IMG/VR virus record: IMGVR_UViG_3300037313_000284
Span: 76,865 to 140,864 of that record
Direction: 5' to 3' (one strand)
Source: a virus
DNA length: 64,000 bases
Below, piece by piece: positions 17,834 to 27,571 of the stretch; the first letter of the stretch is position 1; every line of letters begins with the position of its first letter. Position numbers and translations under genes: made by a program. Under the pieces are notes generated by a model. That model was not told where the DNA came from. It worked only from the letters and a program-made list of their open reading frames with translations, and did not search any database.

Positions 17834-20800
17834 TTAGTTGGGTAGTGCAGTCTCGGCCCACTTCTTACGCAACACGTCCGCGTATTCGTGAGTGATGTAG
17901 AGAGGGAATTCAGGCGTAGGCAACTTACTAACATCGATATCGCCGCAGTTGTAAGACAGCGTGATATGCGGGTTAAAAGTTGGGTACTTCCACACGGCCC
18001 CTAAATCTTGCGAGAGGTCAAAACGTTCTTGCATGATTGGAGAGTCGTACTTAAGCACCAGTACCTTGTGGTCGCCGTCTTCCCAAACTTCCAGCTTGAA
18101 AGTATCAGGACTTACTAATAATCCACTACCCGTCAGCATATAATCGACCGGCTCCCAAGGTTCGCTTAGGGGCTTTTCGCTATAGACCAACGTAGAGTGC
18201 ATCTTAGTAAAATCGGTAATCGGATTTTGAATCAAGTTGACCGCAATCCAATGCTCGATTTGACGTTGCGTGCGCTTACTAAACTTCACACCAACGTAGA
18301 CGCCTTCTGCCGCGACTTCGAATTGGCTAAAATCAAACGAAGCCTCTTCGTCGTCCTCGTGTCCACTCTCAGGCAAGATGCCCGCTAGTGAAGCTAGCTT
18401 CTCGACATTGTGATAGAGTTTAATACGGGTCGTTTTCTTTCCTTGTAGAAACTGCCAGAACGCTTTTTGGCCTGGAAGACCCGCGCCCCAATCTTTAGTA
18501 ACGTACGCAGCGAGCTTACCCGGAAATGGGGTAGCTTCTTTGCCGCTAGCCACAAGATAAGGACGAATGCGATTAGCAATATTTGCCAAATCACGCGCAG
18601 CGCCTTTACGCTGTTTCGCCTTAATCTTTTTAGTGATTTCAGCAAGTTCGTGTGCGAAGACATAGTTCAGGAACGCCGCTATGGGTTTCGCCTCGCGCTT
18701 ACGCACCAGACCTATGTTATTAGTAGTAGCTGTTTCGACCGGAACGATCATCAGCTTCTTAGTCTTCTCATTCACACCGAGCTTAAGGTTGAACGTCGTC
18801 TTACCATCCGCTTCTCTAACCTTCGGCGCTTTGACCGAACGTTCGGGAGCTTCTGGTTTATCCGGCGCTTTTGCCTTAGGCGGCTCTTCGTCCTTTTTAG
18901 TAGGCTTAGAGCTACGTGCTGCGTCTTCTTCCTCTAGGATTCTAAAGAACGCGTCGAATGCTTCCTTGCGGGTAGCAAACTGTTCGTCCTCACCAACCCC
19001 ATCGCGGTTGAAGATAATAAACCACTTGCCGGTTTTGATCACCTTATCGATGATGCCGCCGTTTTCCGGGTCTTTATTAGTAGCCGCGCCGCCGGGCGTT
19101 GCTTCGGTCCAACCGGGAGGTAGATCAGATTTAGGTTGCTGCGTCTGAACAGTATTAACAGGCGCATTCTCTAGCGCCGTCGCGTTTTCTTTCAACCAAT
19201 CCAGGCCCGCTTGCGTTAGCTTAACAAATTCACGCGGTCCCTGAAATCCTTGCATAAGCAGTCCACGAGCTATTAACTTGTCGAGAGTGTTACGAAGGAA
19301 ATCTGCTGCAACTTGCGGAGCCTTGCCTCGAATATCCTGTACATAAACGACCCATTCCGGATCATCCTTGAACATAAGAAGCACGGTACGCTCGTCGCCA
19401 GTTAACGCTTCGCCTGCGAACTTCGGCAAGAACGGGAAATTCATCGAGCGATCGTTCTGTCGAACCATGCTTTGCAAGTTAGTAAATTGATTACGCCTGC
19501 GCAGCAAGAATCGACGCTTCCACATTTCGAATGAACCGCTTTCGCTGTCCGATCCGAATTGGTTAGCCGGAACTTCCTCGCCTGGTTTGAAGTTAGTCCA
19601 CAGTTTATCCCAATAGCCTTGTAGACCAATTGGCACTTTGTTAACCAGCGAACTCTCAGAATTAACTTCGGCGACAGAAGGCGCGTGGAACGTACCCAAA
19701 TACCACATATAACCGCCGAAAGCTTTTTGATACACTTCCGGCAATTCGTCTAACGGTAGGTCGCGATAGCTATCCATAAATTTCTGGACTTCGGCACCTG
19801 ATAGTAAAGCGTCTTCGAGAACTTGTTGCTTCTCTACCGCTGTCATTTCGGAGTATGACTTCCGCTCATAAGAACGGTCTTCGTCATTAACGTCCGTCGA
19901 CAATTCGGCACGCATGGTGTCGTCTAGATTAGGTACGACCGGAGTTTGCAGCGACTTGTCTAATACCGAACCTTCTTTACTAATAACAGTAGCCGCGATA
20001 CGCGCCAAGATATCCATAGCTGCGTCTTTATACGCGTTAGGAAGCTGGGCTTCGTACTGACCAAACACGTACAACGCGACCGTGAAGTTACGGTAGTTGT
20101 CGTCGTGCGGCATATTAGTAGATGTCAGGAACGGATTGTTGCCACCGAACAGGGTCGTCAGCCAATAGGTACTAGCTAACTCGTTGGCGAAATCGTCGAA
20201 ATCCATCTGCCCTTCCGGCTTGCCACCGGTCAGGTCAGAGAACGGAAGGTTATTAGTATAATAGCTGATTGCCGCTACCGATTTAAGTGCGGCATTTGCC
20301 ACTTCGCGTTGCGAGCGCGTGCCGTCCTTACTAATCATCGTCAACGCTATATAGGCAGAGTCAACGAGTACCCGACGTAACGGACCACCACCCTCTTTCA
20401 CGTTCGCAGCGGCTTGTTCAAGCGTTGCGAAGTAGCGAGAGTCTTCTTTATCCATAGTGCCGGAATTACCAACGCCGTAAGTAGTAATTCTATCCGTAAA
20501 TTTAACAGCCCACGCCTGTCGTTCAGCGCCTTGCCGCATGCTACTCTGTGTAGTCGTTTGTGTTGGCTGGTTAATAGCTTTGATAGGCGGGGCATGGATT
20601 AAATCGCGACCAACGTAAACGCCGTCGGCTTTTACCGTGGCTTTACCCTGTGCACGCTTCATCGCCCGCTTAATCATCCCAAAAACAGTCGGGTTGTTCC
20701 ACACGTCGTACATGTGTGGAACCCATTCTTTGGATTTAGGCGAAGCACGCTTCAAACCTTGAACTTTGATTCCCGGTTTGTCAGTAACCCATTTCTTATC

Positions 20801-21583
20801 GTCTAAGAAACGTTGTGACTGCGTAATCTTATAGGTATCAAACAACGCAGCTAGTTCTTTATCAGACGTACGGTAAATATCAACGCCGGTGTCCCAATCG
20901 ATTTTGTTGAAACCGTTGATATTAGAATCAATGAATTCGCCGTAGAACCTACTACCCGGATGCGCTAACGTAGTAACCGTACGTTGACCTTTAGTCCGGA
21001 ACGCTGAATTCTTGTCAGCGATAGTCGTAGCGACCTTGAATTGGAAGTCATTAACGATATCGTCGAACACACCGGGGAGCATATAGGCGAATCGCATGAA
21101 ATCAGGACCGTCTTCTTTAAATCGGAAGACCGCCAACGTCATGTTACTACGCAGCTTACCTTCAGCGTGCTTAAGCATCGTTCCCGAGTAATCGGTGCTC
21201 GGAACTTCAATGCCGAAATCTCTAGCGCCGTCGGCCACTTCTTCTAACTTCGCCCAAAATTCTGCGTGGTGCGAATCGTGTTCACCGCCTCTGAAATCTT
21301 TGACGACTAGGAACATGTACGCGTGCACCATTTCGTGCAGCAGAATTCCGTCCAGTCCTTCTTTCTTATAGTCGTAACGGTTGTCTAACTCGATGATGCA
21401 TAGGTCTTTATTAACCACACCGTCCACCGGATAGGGATGGCGGAACACACCTAATGCACCACGCGACGTCACGTTAGCTAGATTTCCGACGCCGAGACGT
21501 AGGTCTTCTGGCAGTTCATTATTAAAGAACAATCGGTTGAACCGTAGGTATTGTTCCCTAAGCGGATAGTCTTCGGTCTTCAT
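17834..21583 (-). CDS. polyvalent protein: N-terminal SprT-like metalloprotease plus C-terminal Acb1/gp57B-like 2H phosphodiesterase
   Basis: LLHEMVH...HH..F at N-terminus; GVYVGVKFS...HSTLVYS...LEVW...LGA....FNPHITLSY...EY...W at C-terminus. Confidence 0.85.
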   Translation of the reverse strand: MKTEDYPLREQYLRFNRLFFNNELPEDLRLGVGNLANVTSRGALGVFRHPYPVDGVVNKDLCIIELDNRYDYKKEGLDGILLHEMVHAYMFLVVKDFRGGEHDSHHAEFWAKLEEVADGARDFGIEVPSTDYSGTMLKHAEGKLRSNMTLAVFRFKEDGPDFMRFAYMLPGVFDDIVNDFQFKVATTIADKNSAFRTKGQRTVTTLAHPGSRFYGEFIDSNINGFNKIDWDTGVDIYRTSDKELAALFDTYKITQSQRFLDDKKWVTDKPGIKVQGLKRASPKSKEWVPHMYDVWNNPTVFGMIKRAMKRAQGKATVKADGVYVGRDLIHAPPIKAINQPTQTTTQSSMRQGAERQAWAVKFTDRITTYGVGNSGTMDKEDSRYFATLEQAAANVKEGGGPLRRVLVDSAYIALTMISKDGTRSQREVANAALKSVAAISYYTNNLPFSDLTGGKPEGQMDFDDFANELASTYWLTTLFGGNNPFLTSTNMPHDDNYRNFTVALYVFGQYEAQLPNAYKDAAMDILARIAATVISKEGSVLDKSLQTPVVPNLDDTMRAELSTDVNDEDRSYERKSYSEMTAVEKQQVLEDALLSGAEVQKFMDSYRDLPLDELPEVYQKAFGGYMWYLGTFHAPSVAEVNSESSLVNKVPIGLQGYWDKLWTNFKPGEEVPANQFGSDSESGSFEMWKRRFLLRRRNQFTNLQSMVRQNDRSMNFPFLPKFAGEALTGDERTVLLMFKDDPEWVVYVQDIRGKAPQVAADFLRNTLDKLIARGLLMQGFQGPREFVKLTQAGLDWLKENATALENAPVNTVQTQQPKSDLPPGWTEATPGGAATNKDPENGGIIDKVIKTGKWFIIFNRDGVGEDEQFATRKEAFDAFFRILEEEDAARSSKPTKKDEEPPKAKAPDKPEAPERSVKAPKVREADGKTTFNLKLGVNEKTKKLMIVPVETATTNNIGLVRKREAKPIAAFLNYVFAHELAEITKKIKAKQRKGAARDLANIANRIRPYLVASGKEATPFPGKLAAYVTKDWGAGLPGQKAFWQFLQGKKTTRIKLYHNVEKLASLAGILPESGHEDDEEASFDFSQFEVAAEGVYVGVKFSKRTQRQIEHWIAVNLIQNPITDFTKMHSTLVYSEKPLSEPWEPVDYMLTGSGLLVSPDTFKLEVWEDGDHKVLVLKYDSPIMQERFDLSQDLGAVWKYPTFNPHITLSYNCGDIDVSKLPTPEFPLYITHEYADVLRKKWAETALPN

Positions 21584-21607
21584 AACTTTAACTCAATGCG
21601 CTAAGGG

Positions 21608-21946
21608 TTATTGCTCACTCCAGTCCTTACATGTAACCTTACCGCCGCCGTCAGACAGGCAGTAAATAGCGCCACGATAAATACCGTTGGTCGGAAAGAA
21701 GAACGGCGGGCTGGCGGGCTTCAGCCGGAAATAACCGGGAGCCCCGATAGCTACGCTGTTGTCGTAACCCCACCAAAGATCATTGGTCTCGCTGTTGTTT
21801 TGGATTACTAATCCAGCCCGGTCAGCGTTGGCGGGAATGAGCAACATCGGAACGATGCCGACCATCTTGCTATGGTCGTTTACGTCATCGGCATCAATGG
21901 TGACTGTCGGACGAAAGTAGTTGCTAGACATTTTTAATAATCCCAA
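21608..21946 (-). CDS. small beta-rich virion protein
   Basis: PANADRAGLVIQNNS motif; late cluster. Confidence 0.6.
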   Translation of the reverse strand: MGLLKMSSNYFRPTVTIDADDVNDHSKMVGIVPMLLIPANADRAGLVIQNNSETNDLWWGYDNSVAIGAPGYFRLKPASPPFFFPTNGIYRGAIYCLSDGGGKVTCKDWSEQ

Positions 21947-22361
21947 CAGAACGCTTGAGCGATTCCAACTCAGCCTTAGTCGTGGCGAGTTCGGAAGCTA
22001 ACGAATTAATAAGTAAGAACAGAGTAGACGTAGGATCGATGGCGAGCATTCCGTCTGTCCAGTCGCGAACAAGTGTGCTTAACAACGGACGTTCGTTTAA
22101 CGTCTGCGCAATAACACCGAAGCGTTGCTCTTCTGAGTCCATACCGGACTCAGGTGTATAACGATAGGCAACGATTAACTTCTCGATCTCTTCAGCTTTA
22201 AGGCCATCAATGATTGGTTCAATCTCTCGCTTCAGGCGTGCGTCAGAGGCTATTAGGGCAGGAGAATCGATACCATCCACCTTGTCCGCATCCATTCCGG
22301 TTCCGGCACCTTGATAATTTTTGTGCCATACCTCGCCGCCGTTTACCTTTAGCCTTGCCAT
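21924..22361 (-). CDS. tail-fibre-associated intramolecular chaperone (peptidase S74-like)
   Basis: WH..Y.GAGTGMDADKVDG fibre motif, then SDARLK, YRY, FGVIAQ and a terminal coiled coil. Confidence 0.75.
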   Translation of the reverse strand: MARLKVNGGEVWHKNYQGAGTGMDADKVDGIDSPALIASDARLKREIEPIIDGLKAEEIEKLIVAYRYTPESGMDSEEQRFGVIAQTLNERPLLSTLVRDWTDGMLAIDPTSTLFLLINSLASELATTKAELESLKRSVGIIKNV

Positions 22362-22407
22362 CGTCCGGTCCTTTATAACTCAGCATTAAATTAGCGCTTA
22401 GAGCACG

Positions 22408-22445
22408 AAAAAGCCCCGCTACCAGCTAAGGCAACGAGGCTTTTT
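22408..22445 (-). terminator. intrinsic terminator
   Basis: AAAAAGCC...GGCTTTTT imperfect hairpin. Confidence 0.6.
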
Positions 22446-22446
22446 A

Positions 22447-22959
22447 TTATTTAAGTTGAGCAACTGCTAGAGCAAATGCTCGCCGATTTTTCAATACTAA
22501 ACTGATGTTAGGACGGAAAACCAGAGCGTTGGTAGGTAGAAGGTCGTCATATTTTTCGTAACGATTTCGCGTAGGCGGATTAGGGTCGTACAGTTTATAG
22601 CCGTCGTAATAAACAGCGTGTGAACCTCCCACTTTGTTAAGGGACGGCACTGAAAAGATAGCAGGCCTACCCCAAAACTTATGACGGAAGAATTCAGGCG
22701 CAATCGCCCAATCTTTGTGTTGCTCTCGGAAGTCGCTGGCGTCCTCTTTATAATTTGGCGACTTGAAAAGACCCAATTCAGTCAGAATTTTGTCCTCGGA
22801 GCGGATGCCTTCACCGCTATCTGGATCGTAGGCTTCAGATTTAATAGCTGCTTCATAGACTTCTTCGTAGGGAAGAGTTAGCGCCATGGCAATGCACGCA
22901 ATCATGCAATCCGTAGCTAAGCGTTGTTCAATCAGTATCGTCATCGACGTTCTCGTCAT
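22447..22959 (-). CDS. papain-fold C39-like cysteine peptidase
   Basis: QRLATDCMIACIAM, HAVYYDG, LYDP (Q, C, H, D). Confidence 0.7.
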   Translation of the reverse strand: MTRTSMTILIEQRLATDCMIACIAMALTLPYEEVYEAAIKSEAYDPDSGEGIRSEDKILTELGLFKSPNYKEDASDFREQHKDWAIAPEFFRHKFWGRPAIFSVPSLNKVGGSHAVYYDGYKLYDPNPPTRNRYEKYDDLLPTNALVFRPNISLVLKNRRAFALAVAQLK

Positions 22960-23305
22960 CTAGATTAGTATCACACCAGTCAGGCGCAGGAACCCACTCT
23001 TCATCAGCATACGCACGGAAGCCATATTTCTCATTAATAGCGGCAAAGGCTATCGCCCGGTCACGTAATTGGACGGCAGACAGCGCCTCCAACATCGCCT
23101 TACCTTGGGGTGTTAACTTAGGTTGCCTCAGGCACCACGTCAGGCAATGCTTTTCCAGATTCAAGTCTTCGACCACAATGTGACAAGCACCGAAATCTTC
23201 ACCAGCTTCCGCAGCGGCTGTTACTAGCTTAGCAAGCTCCCGGTGCTTGTCTTCAATAACAGGTTCAATACGCGTGTAGTAAGACCCGTAAGACCACACC
23301 GTCAT
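22928..23305 (-). CDS. hypothetical protein
   Basis: Overlapping start/stop packing. Confidence 0.65.
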   Translation of the reverse strand: MTVWSYGSYYTRIEPVIEDKHRELAKLVTAAAEAGEDFGACHIVVEDLNLEKHCLTWCLRQPKLTPQGKAMLEALSAVQLRDRAIAFAAINEKYGFRAYADEEWVPAPDWCDTNLDDENVDDDTD

Positions 23306-24168
23306 TCTTCATCTTTCTCTACTAACCACGGAGCTTCGTATTCTTTGTCGATGACCACGCGGTATCCCATGCCCAACGGTCGGCGCTTGCCTTGGTATCC
23401 GTTGCAACGTGACTGCCGTTGGATTTGAAAATCAACAGGCAGACCGGTCGCGTGGCGCATCCAATAACTAATCGAAGTGCACAGCAGCGACCAGAACGGC
23501 GAAATGCCAGTCCTACCGAATAACTTATCGTACTTCTCATCCGACATGATCATGCGGACGTCAACATCGCGATAAGCTTTGGTGTAAGTTGCCGAACCTA
23601 CTAGGTAGCATGTCTCGTGGAACGCGCCAGTTAATACACCAGCCGCGTGATCTAGCTTTTCGGTATCGGGAAAGCCGATGTAGCAGTCGCGCTCGAAGTC
23701 TTTGAGGTCTTTATATTCTTGATGCGCCAAAGCATAAAATTCGTCGGCGGCCACATCGCTAGCAAAATCAACAGCGTTAGAAAGGCGACAAACGCAAAAT
23801 CGATTAGTGAGAGACGTACAACCTGCCATGCAAACCCCACCGCTACTAGGACAGTGAGTGGGTCGATTGGTCCCTGACGACGGCCCGAGCAACGATATGA
23901 AGTTAATAAGTTCTTTTGGCGGGGTTTCCGCAGTCGCTTTCGCACTGTGTTTTCCGTTTTTATACACTTCGCATGTGCTTTTAGGATCGAAGTGATACGT
24001 GCAACTTTTCGGACAGTCATCGCCAGTAAGAACGCATTTAGTAAAAGTCTCAGACAAGTGCCCGTGGTTTCTTGCGTTTTGTATGTTGCAGATAGGTTCT
24101 TCGTAATCGTTGAAGTCACACTTAGCCGTACAAGGGTTATCACTGAAAATGCAAGTCTTTCTATCCAT
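23302..24168 (-). CDS. Cys-rich repeats fused to Pol-beta-type nucleotidyltransferase
   Basis: Three C...C...C modules; YLVGS...RDVDVR and a third Asp in PVDFQ. Confidence 0.65.
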   Translation of the reverse strand: MDRKTCIFSDNPCTAKCDFNDYEEPICNIQNARNHGHLSETFTKCVLTGDDCPKSCTYHFDPKSTCEVYKNGKHSAKATAETPPKELINFISLLGPSSGTNRPTHCPSSGGVCMAGCTSLTNRFCVCRLSNAVDFASDVAADEFYALAHQEYKDLKDFERDCYIGFPDTEKLDHAAGVLTGAFHETCYLVGSATYTKAYRDVDVRMIMSDEKYDKLFGRTGISPFWSLLCTSISYWMRHATGLPVDFQIQRQSRCNGYQGKRRPLGMGYRVVIDKEYEAPWLVEKDEE

Positions 24169-25168
24169 GACGCCTCATCCCCTTGAACATCGTAATCAAC
24201 TGGTTAATAATATGATTGTCGTTCAGAGCATGGGTCGTCCATTTCCTACTTAACATATCCCGAAGTTCCAACACCTCGGCTTTCTTCATCTTACCGGGGT
24301 CCATCCCGTCAGCGAAGTTAACAACCTTGTGCGGTACTTTGAAGCGCTTCAAATCTGGAACGATCTTCTCGACCGCAGAACGTCCGGCTTCATCACCGTC
24401 CATAGCGATGATGATCTTGACGCCAAGCTCAATTAATATGTCTAGCTTAGCGCGGTTCCACCCGTTGGTTCCCCAAATGCACACTGCGGGGACGCCGTGT
24501 TGAAGCAGATTTAATGCGTCGCGTGCACCTTCCACAATCACGATGTAACCTAGCAATTCCGCTAGAGGAAAAGCCTCGTCAATCGGGTAAAGTGTGTAGT
24601 TGGAGAACTTCGGGTTATTAGATAGCAGGTACTTTACCTTGCTGGACTCGTCGTTCTTGTCGATCACGCATTGCACGTTGCCGACTTCGACTTCATCCAC
24701 CATGACAGGCAGATACAGGCGCGGTTCGTCACGGCTATCTACTAACGTTGCCCCCATCTTGCGGAGGAACTTTTCGCTAATAGTAACGCCGTCGCGCTTC
24801 CACGGTCCCGTCCATGGCATGTGACTGATGCCAATAACTTCCGCCGATCCGTAGAAGTCTTCAGGCGAAGGCATCTTGATCCACAGATCATTGTCGTCGG
24901 CCTCTTCACCGTTAGCATCACGGATCGGAGCCATGTGCATAATCGCGGCGAGTTCGTTCCAGCTAATGCGTTTCTGATCGTCGTGACACGCGTAACAGAA
25001 CGATTCATAGGGTTTGAAGCGTGGATTACTAATATTGATCTTACGGGAGGGCGTACGTTCCTGCCCTCCTGAGTGGATCGGGCACTGCACCAGCACGTGG
25101 TCAGGTTTAGTAATGTACTGCCGTCCAGTCTTAGCGATTTGCTCGACAATGAACGCGCTGTGATCCAC
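24161..25168 (-). CDS. dnaG: DNA primase (Zn finger plus TOPRIM)
   Basis: CPIH...CYAC; IVEGARDAL; AMDGDEAG; DPG. Confidence 0.85.
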   Translation of the reverse strand: MDHSAFIVEQIAKTGRQYITKPDHVLVQCPIHSGGQERTPSRKINISNPRFKPYESFCYACHDDQKRISWNELAAIMHMAPIRDANGEEADDNDLWIKMPSPEDFYGSAEVIGISHMPWTGPWKRDGVTISEKFLRKMGATLVDSRDEPRLYLPVMVDEVEVGNVQCVIDKNDESSKVKYLLSNNPKFSNYTLYPIDEAFPLAELLGYIVIVEGARDALNLLQHGVPAVCIWGTNGWNRAKLDILIELGVKIIIAMDGDEAGRSAVEKIVPDLKRFKVPHKVVNFADGMDPGKMKKAEVLELRDMLSRKWTTHALNDNHIINQLITMFKGMRRHG

Positions 25169-25193
25169 TATGGTTGCTCCGAAGTAAGGTGCA

Positions 25194-26207
25194 CTAGTAG
25201 TCCTCTTCAGAATTACGAGGCACCGCTACTAATATCTTATGGGCGCGGTCTCGACGAGGTTCCGGTAGTTGCTCTACCAACCAAACTAGCGGATTTGGCA
25301 GAGTGTCTTCGAGAGTGCGGAATTTCTTCTTCGATTTTTTATTATCGTTGGCTACGGCATCCGTACCGATCCGCTTATGCGACACCACCCGCTTGTCATC
25401 AGGTACATCGTCACCCGGCTCAAGAATCGTTCGATAATAAACGCGGCGCTTGTCGGTCTTCGCTGCTTTTCGGTAGTCTGCTAACGATAGCTCTCGCATC
25501 CAGAAAGGCGGCACATAGGGGAGTTGCGTATGCGACACACGCAACTTATTACCCTCGACATTGGCTTTTAATAACATAAAGCCTTTAGGGTCATGGTTCC
25601 AATGGTGAACCAAAGCCACACCGGGATAGATCGCGCGTTTTCCTACTAATTGCCACGTATGCAAATGCCCGCCGACGTAGAAATGTCTTGCGTCCGGGTG
25701 GAAGCCATCAGCAAGCCATCCGTTGTCCATCTTGGAGCCGTGTGCTTCCGTGTGATGGAACACAAGCATCGGCGTTTTGGATTTAATAGCGCCAAGGTCT
25801 TCGTGTACGTCCGGCGGTTGCCAAGGATAGAACTTACACATGACGCCATTGAGCTTTAGCATGGTAGGTTTATTAATAACCTTGATCATACCGCGCATTT
25901 TCTCGTAAGGCTCAAGAGCGTTGCTCTCGGAGTCCTCGTAATCGTGGTTGCCTCGTAACACGATTACCTTAAGGCCGCTCTCGTGAGCCTTGAAAACGAA
26001 ATCGACAAACTCGGCGTGATCCTTGGGCTTAGGGGTGTTATTATCGAACACGTCGCCGAGGATGACAATCACGTCCACCTTTGCTTTCAGCGCTGCGTCC
26101 AACGCAGCTTGGAGCATATCGGAAACGCACTTGCGCCAATAACCCGGTTTCAGGAAGCTCGGTTGCCTCCCAAAGTGAGGGTCACCGATAGTCAGCACTT
26201 TAAGCAT
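25194..26207 (-). CDS. sbcD: SbcD/Mre11/gp47-like nuclease
   Basis: GDPH, LGDVFD, GNHD, GHLH metallophosphoesterase motifs. Confidence 0.85.
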   Translation of the reverse strand: MLKVLTIGDPHFGRQPSFLKPGYWRKCVSDMLQAALDAALKAKVDVIVILGDVFDNNTPKPKDHAEFVDFVFKAHESGLKVIVLRGNHDYEDSESNALEPYEKMRGMIKVINKPTMLKLNGVMCKFYPWQPPDVHEDLGAIKSKTPMLVFHHTEAHGSKMDNGWLADGFHPDARHFYVGGHLHTWQLVGKRAIYPGVALVHHWNHDPKGFMLLKANVEGNKLRVSHTQLPYVPPFWMRELSLADYRKAAKTDKRRVYYRTILEPGDDVPDDKRVVSHKRIGTDAVANDNKKSKKKFRTLEDTLPNPLVWLVEQLPEPRRDRAHKILVAVPRNSEEDY

Positions 26208-26209
26208 TA

Positions 26210-26329
26210 CTAGCCTTTATACGCGATGATCGCCCACGGAAGCACAAAAAGAGATATTAAGAAAATCCAATCGCCATTCGATTGCGCGACGATACGGGTT
26301 TCACCTAGCCAATGTAATACGTCAGCCAT
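26210..26329 (-). CDS. 39-aa membrane peptide (not in ORF track)
   Basis: MADVLHWLGETRIVAQSNGDWIFLISLFVLPWAIIAYKG fills the gap between flanking genes. Confidence 0.5.
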   Translation of the reverse strand: MADVLHWLGETRIVAQSNGDWIFLISLFVLPWAIIAYKG

Positions 26330-26331
26330 TT

Positions 26332-26625
26332 TTATTGTACTCGGTTAGGAATTTCGACGAATTGGCCGTTTTGGGTGACCATTGCTGCGCGCAAAGCTTC
26401 GACTAGAGACAGTGGCAAGTCGTCATAAGTCAAACCGTCTAGCAAGATAGTAGCGGACGCAGACTCACCGCGTACGTGTTTGACATGCGTGTTGGGAGAA
26501 ATGCAATGCACTTGGGCTCCAGTAGTACCGATACTAACCGCGTCCGCGTGTTTCCACGAAACGATAAAAATCTTCGTACGATCATCCATGTTTATTAATC
26601 CATCATCCAAAAGAATAGAATCCAC
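26332..26625 (-). CDS. hypothetical protein with RGxS..ILLD segment
   Basis: VRGESASATILLDG resembles an ATPase Walker-B region. Confidence 0.55.
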   Translation of the reverse strand: MDSILLDDGLINMDDRTKIFIVSWKHADAVSIGTTGAQVHCISPNTHVKHVRGESASATILLDGLTYDDLPLSLVEALRAAMVTQNGQFVEIPNRVQ

Positions 26626-26673
26626 GTCAGGCCTTCCACTAGTGCGCCGAAGAATTCAGCTACGACGTGACTG

Positions 26674-27069
26674 TCATGCGGCCTGTGCCAACTGTCTCTT
26701 TTTCGCTTCCGCATGTTTCAGTTTCGCCCTGATTTCGATCTCAGCCAACTTCTCATTTACTAATTGCAAATGGAGCATTTCACAAGGATGTGGCATGCGA
26801 TTGTGCTTACGGTTATTGCACCTATGGTGTGCTACTAATCCGTTCTTGCGAACCCTACGACAACCCTGCTCTCGGTCATCCGGGTTCTTTGGCACAACGT
26901 GATCGAGAGAGGCTCGGTCACCAGGATGCGCGACATTCTTACTGCGTGGATGCGGCATGCCTTTCGAGCACAGATAACAAACACCTCGTTGAAGTGCATA
27001 GATGACTTCTATCCGAGGGAGGTTCTTTTGCTTACGCGATTTCCGCCGTGCTTTCTTTGGATTGCGCAT
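26674..27069 (-). CDS. HNH endonuclease
   Basis: CYLC, SLDHVVP, HHRCNNRK. Confidence 0.8.
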   Translation of the reverse strand: MRNPKKARRKSRKQKNLPRIEVIYALQRGVCYLCSKGMPHPRSKNVAHPGDRASLDHVVPKNPDDREQGCRRVRKNGLVAHHRCNNRKHNRMPHPCEMLHLQLVNEKLAEIEIRAKLKHAEAKKRQLAQAA

Positions 27070-27571
27070 TGTTACTAGCCATTCGACGTGCGGCCTCTTG
27101 CTTGATGTAATGCTCGGCGTAAGGCCAAGAGTAAACCGGCGTCAGCAAGATTTCCGTGAATTCTTCACTACTAAGCGACTGCAACTGTTGCTCAACGGTC
27201 CGGATATTAAGCTCGTCAACGATTTGCTGGAGCGGAGCGGTAATCCAACCTGATCCTTGGCACGTGTTGCACCAATAATCGTCACTATCTCTACCGTAGC
27301 TTATTTCGGGACGATGAAAGAAAGTCGGCTTGCGTTTGAACACATCGATACGCCGCTCTCGACAGTGATGACAATCAACGTACCGCTCAGCATAGACGAT
27401 AGTCCCGGCTTTGGCGTTTCCAGGTTTATTTAGCAACCCGACTAGATGCCCATCATACACATTTCGACTAATAACCATACGGGTAGTCTGGTTCAAAACG
27501 ATGAAATGTCTAGGCTTGTCGAAGTGAAGATCGCGATCTTCGTTATCAGTCACAAATGTTTGCTCATCCAT
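27032..27571 (-). CDS. Zn-finger hypothetical protein
   Basis: CHHC and CNTCQGSG. Confidence 0.65.
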   Translation of the reverse strand: MDEQTFVTDNEDRDLHFDKPRHFIVLNQTTRMVISRNVYDGHLVGLLNKPGNAKAGTIVYAERYVDCHHCRERRIDVFKRKPTFFHRPEISYGRDSDDYWCNTCQGSGWITAPLQQIVDELNIRTVEQQLQSLSSEEFTEILLTPVYSWPYAEHYIKQEAARRMASNNAQSKESTAEIA

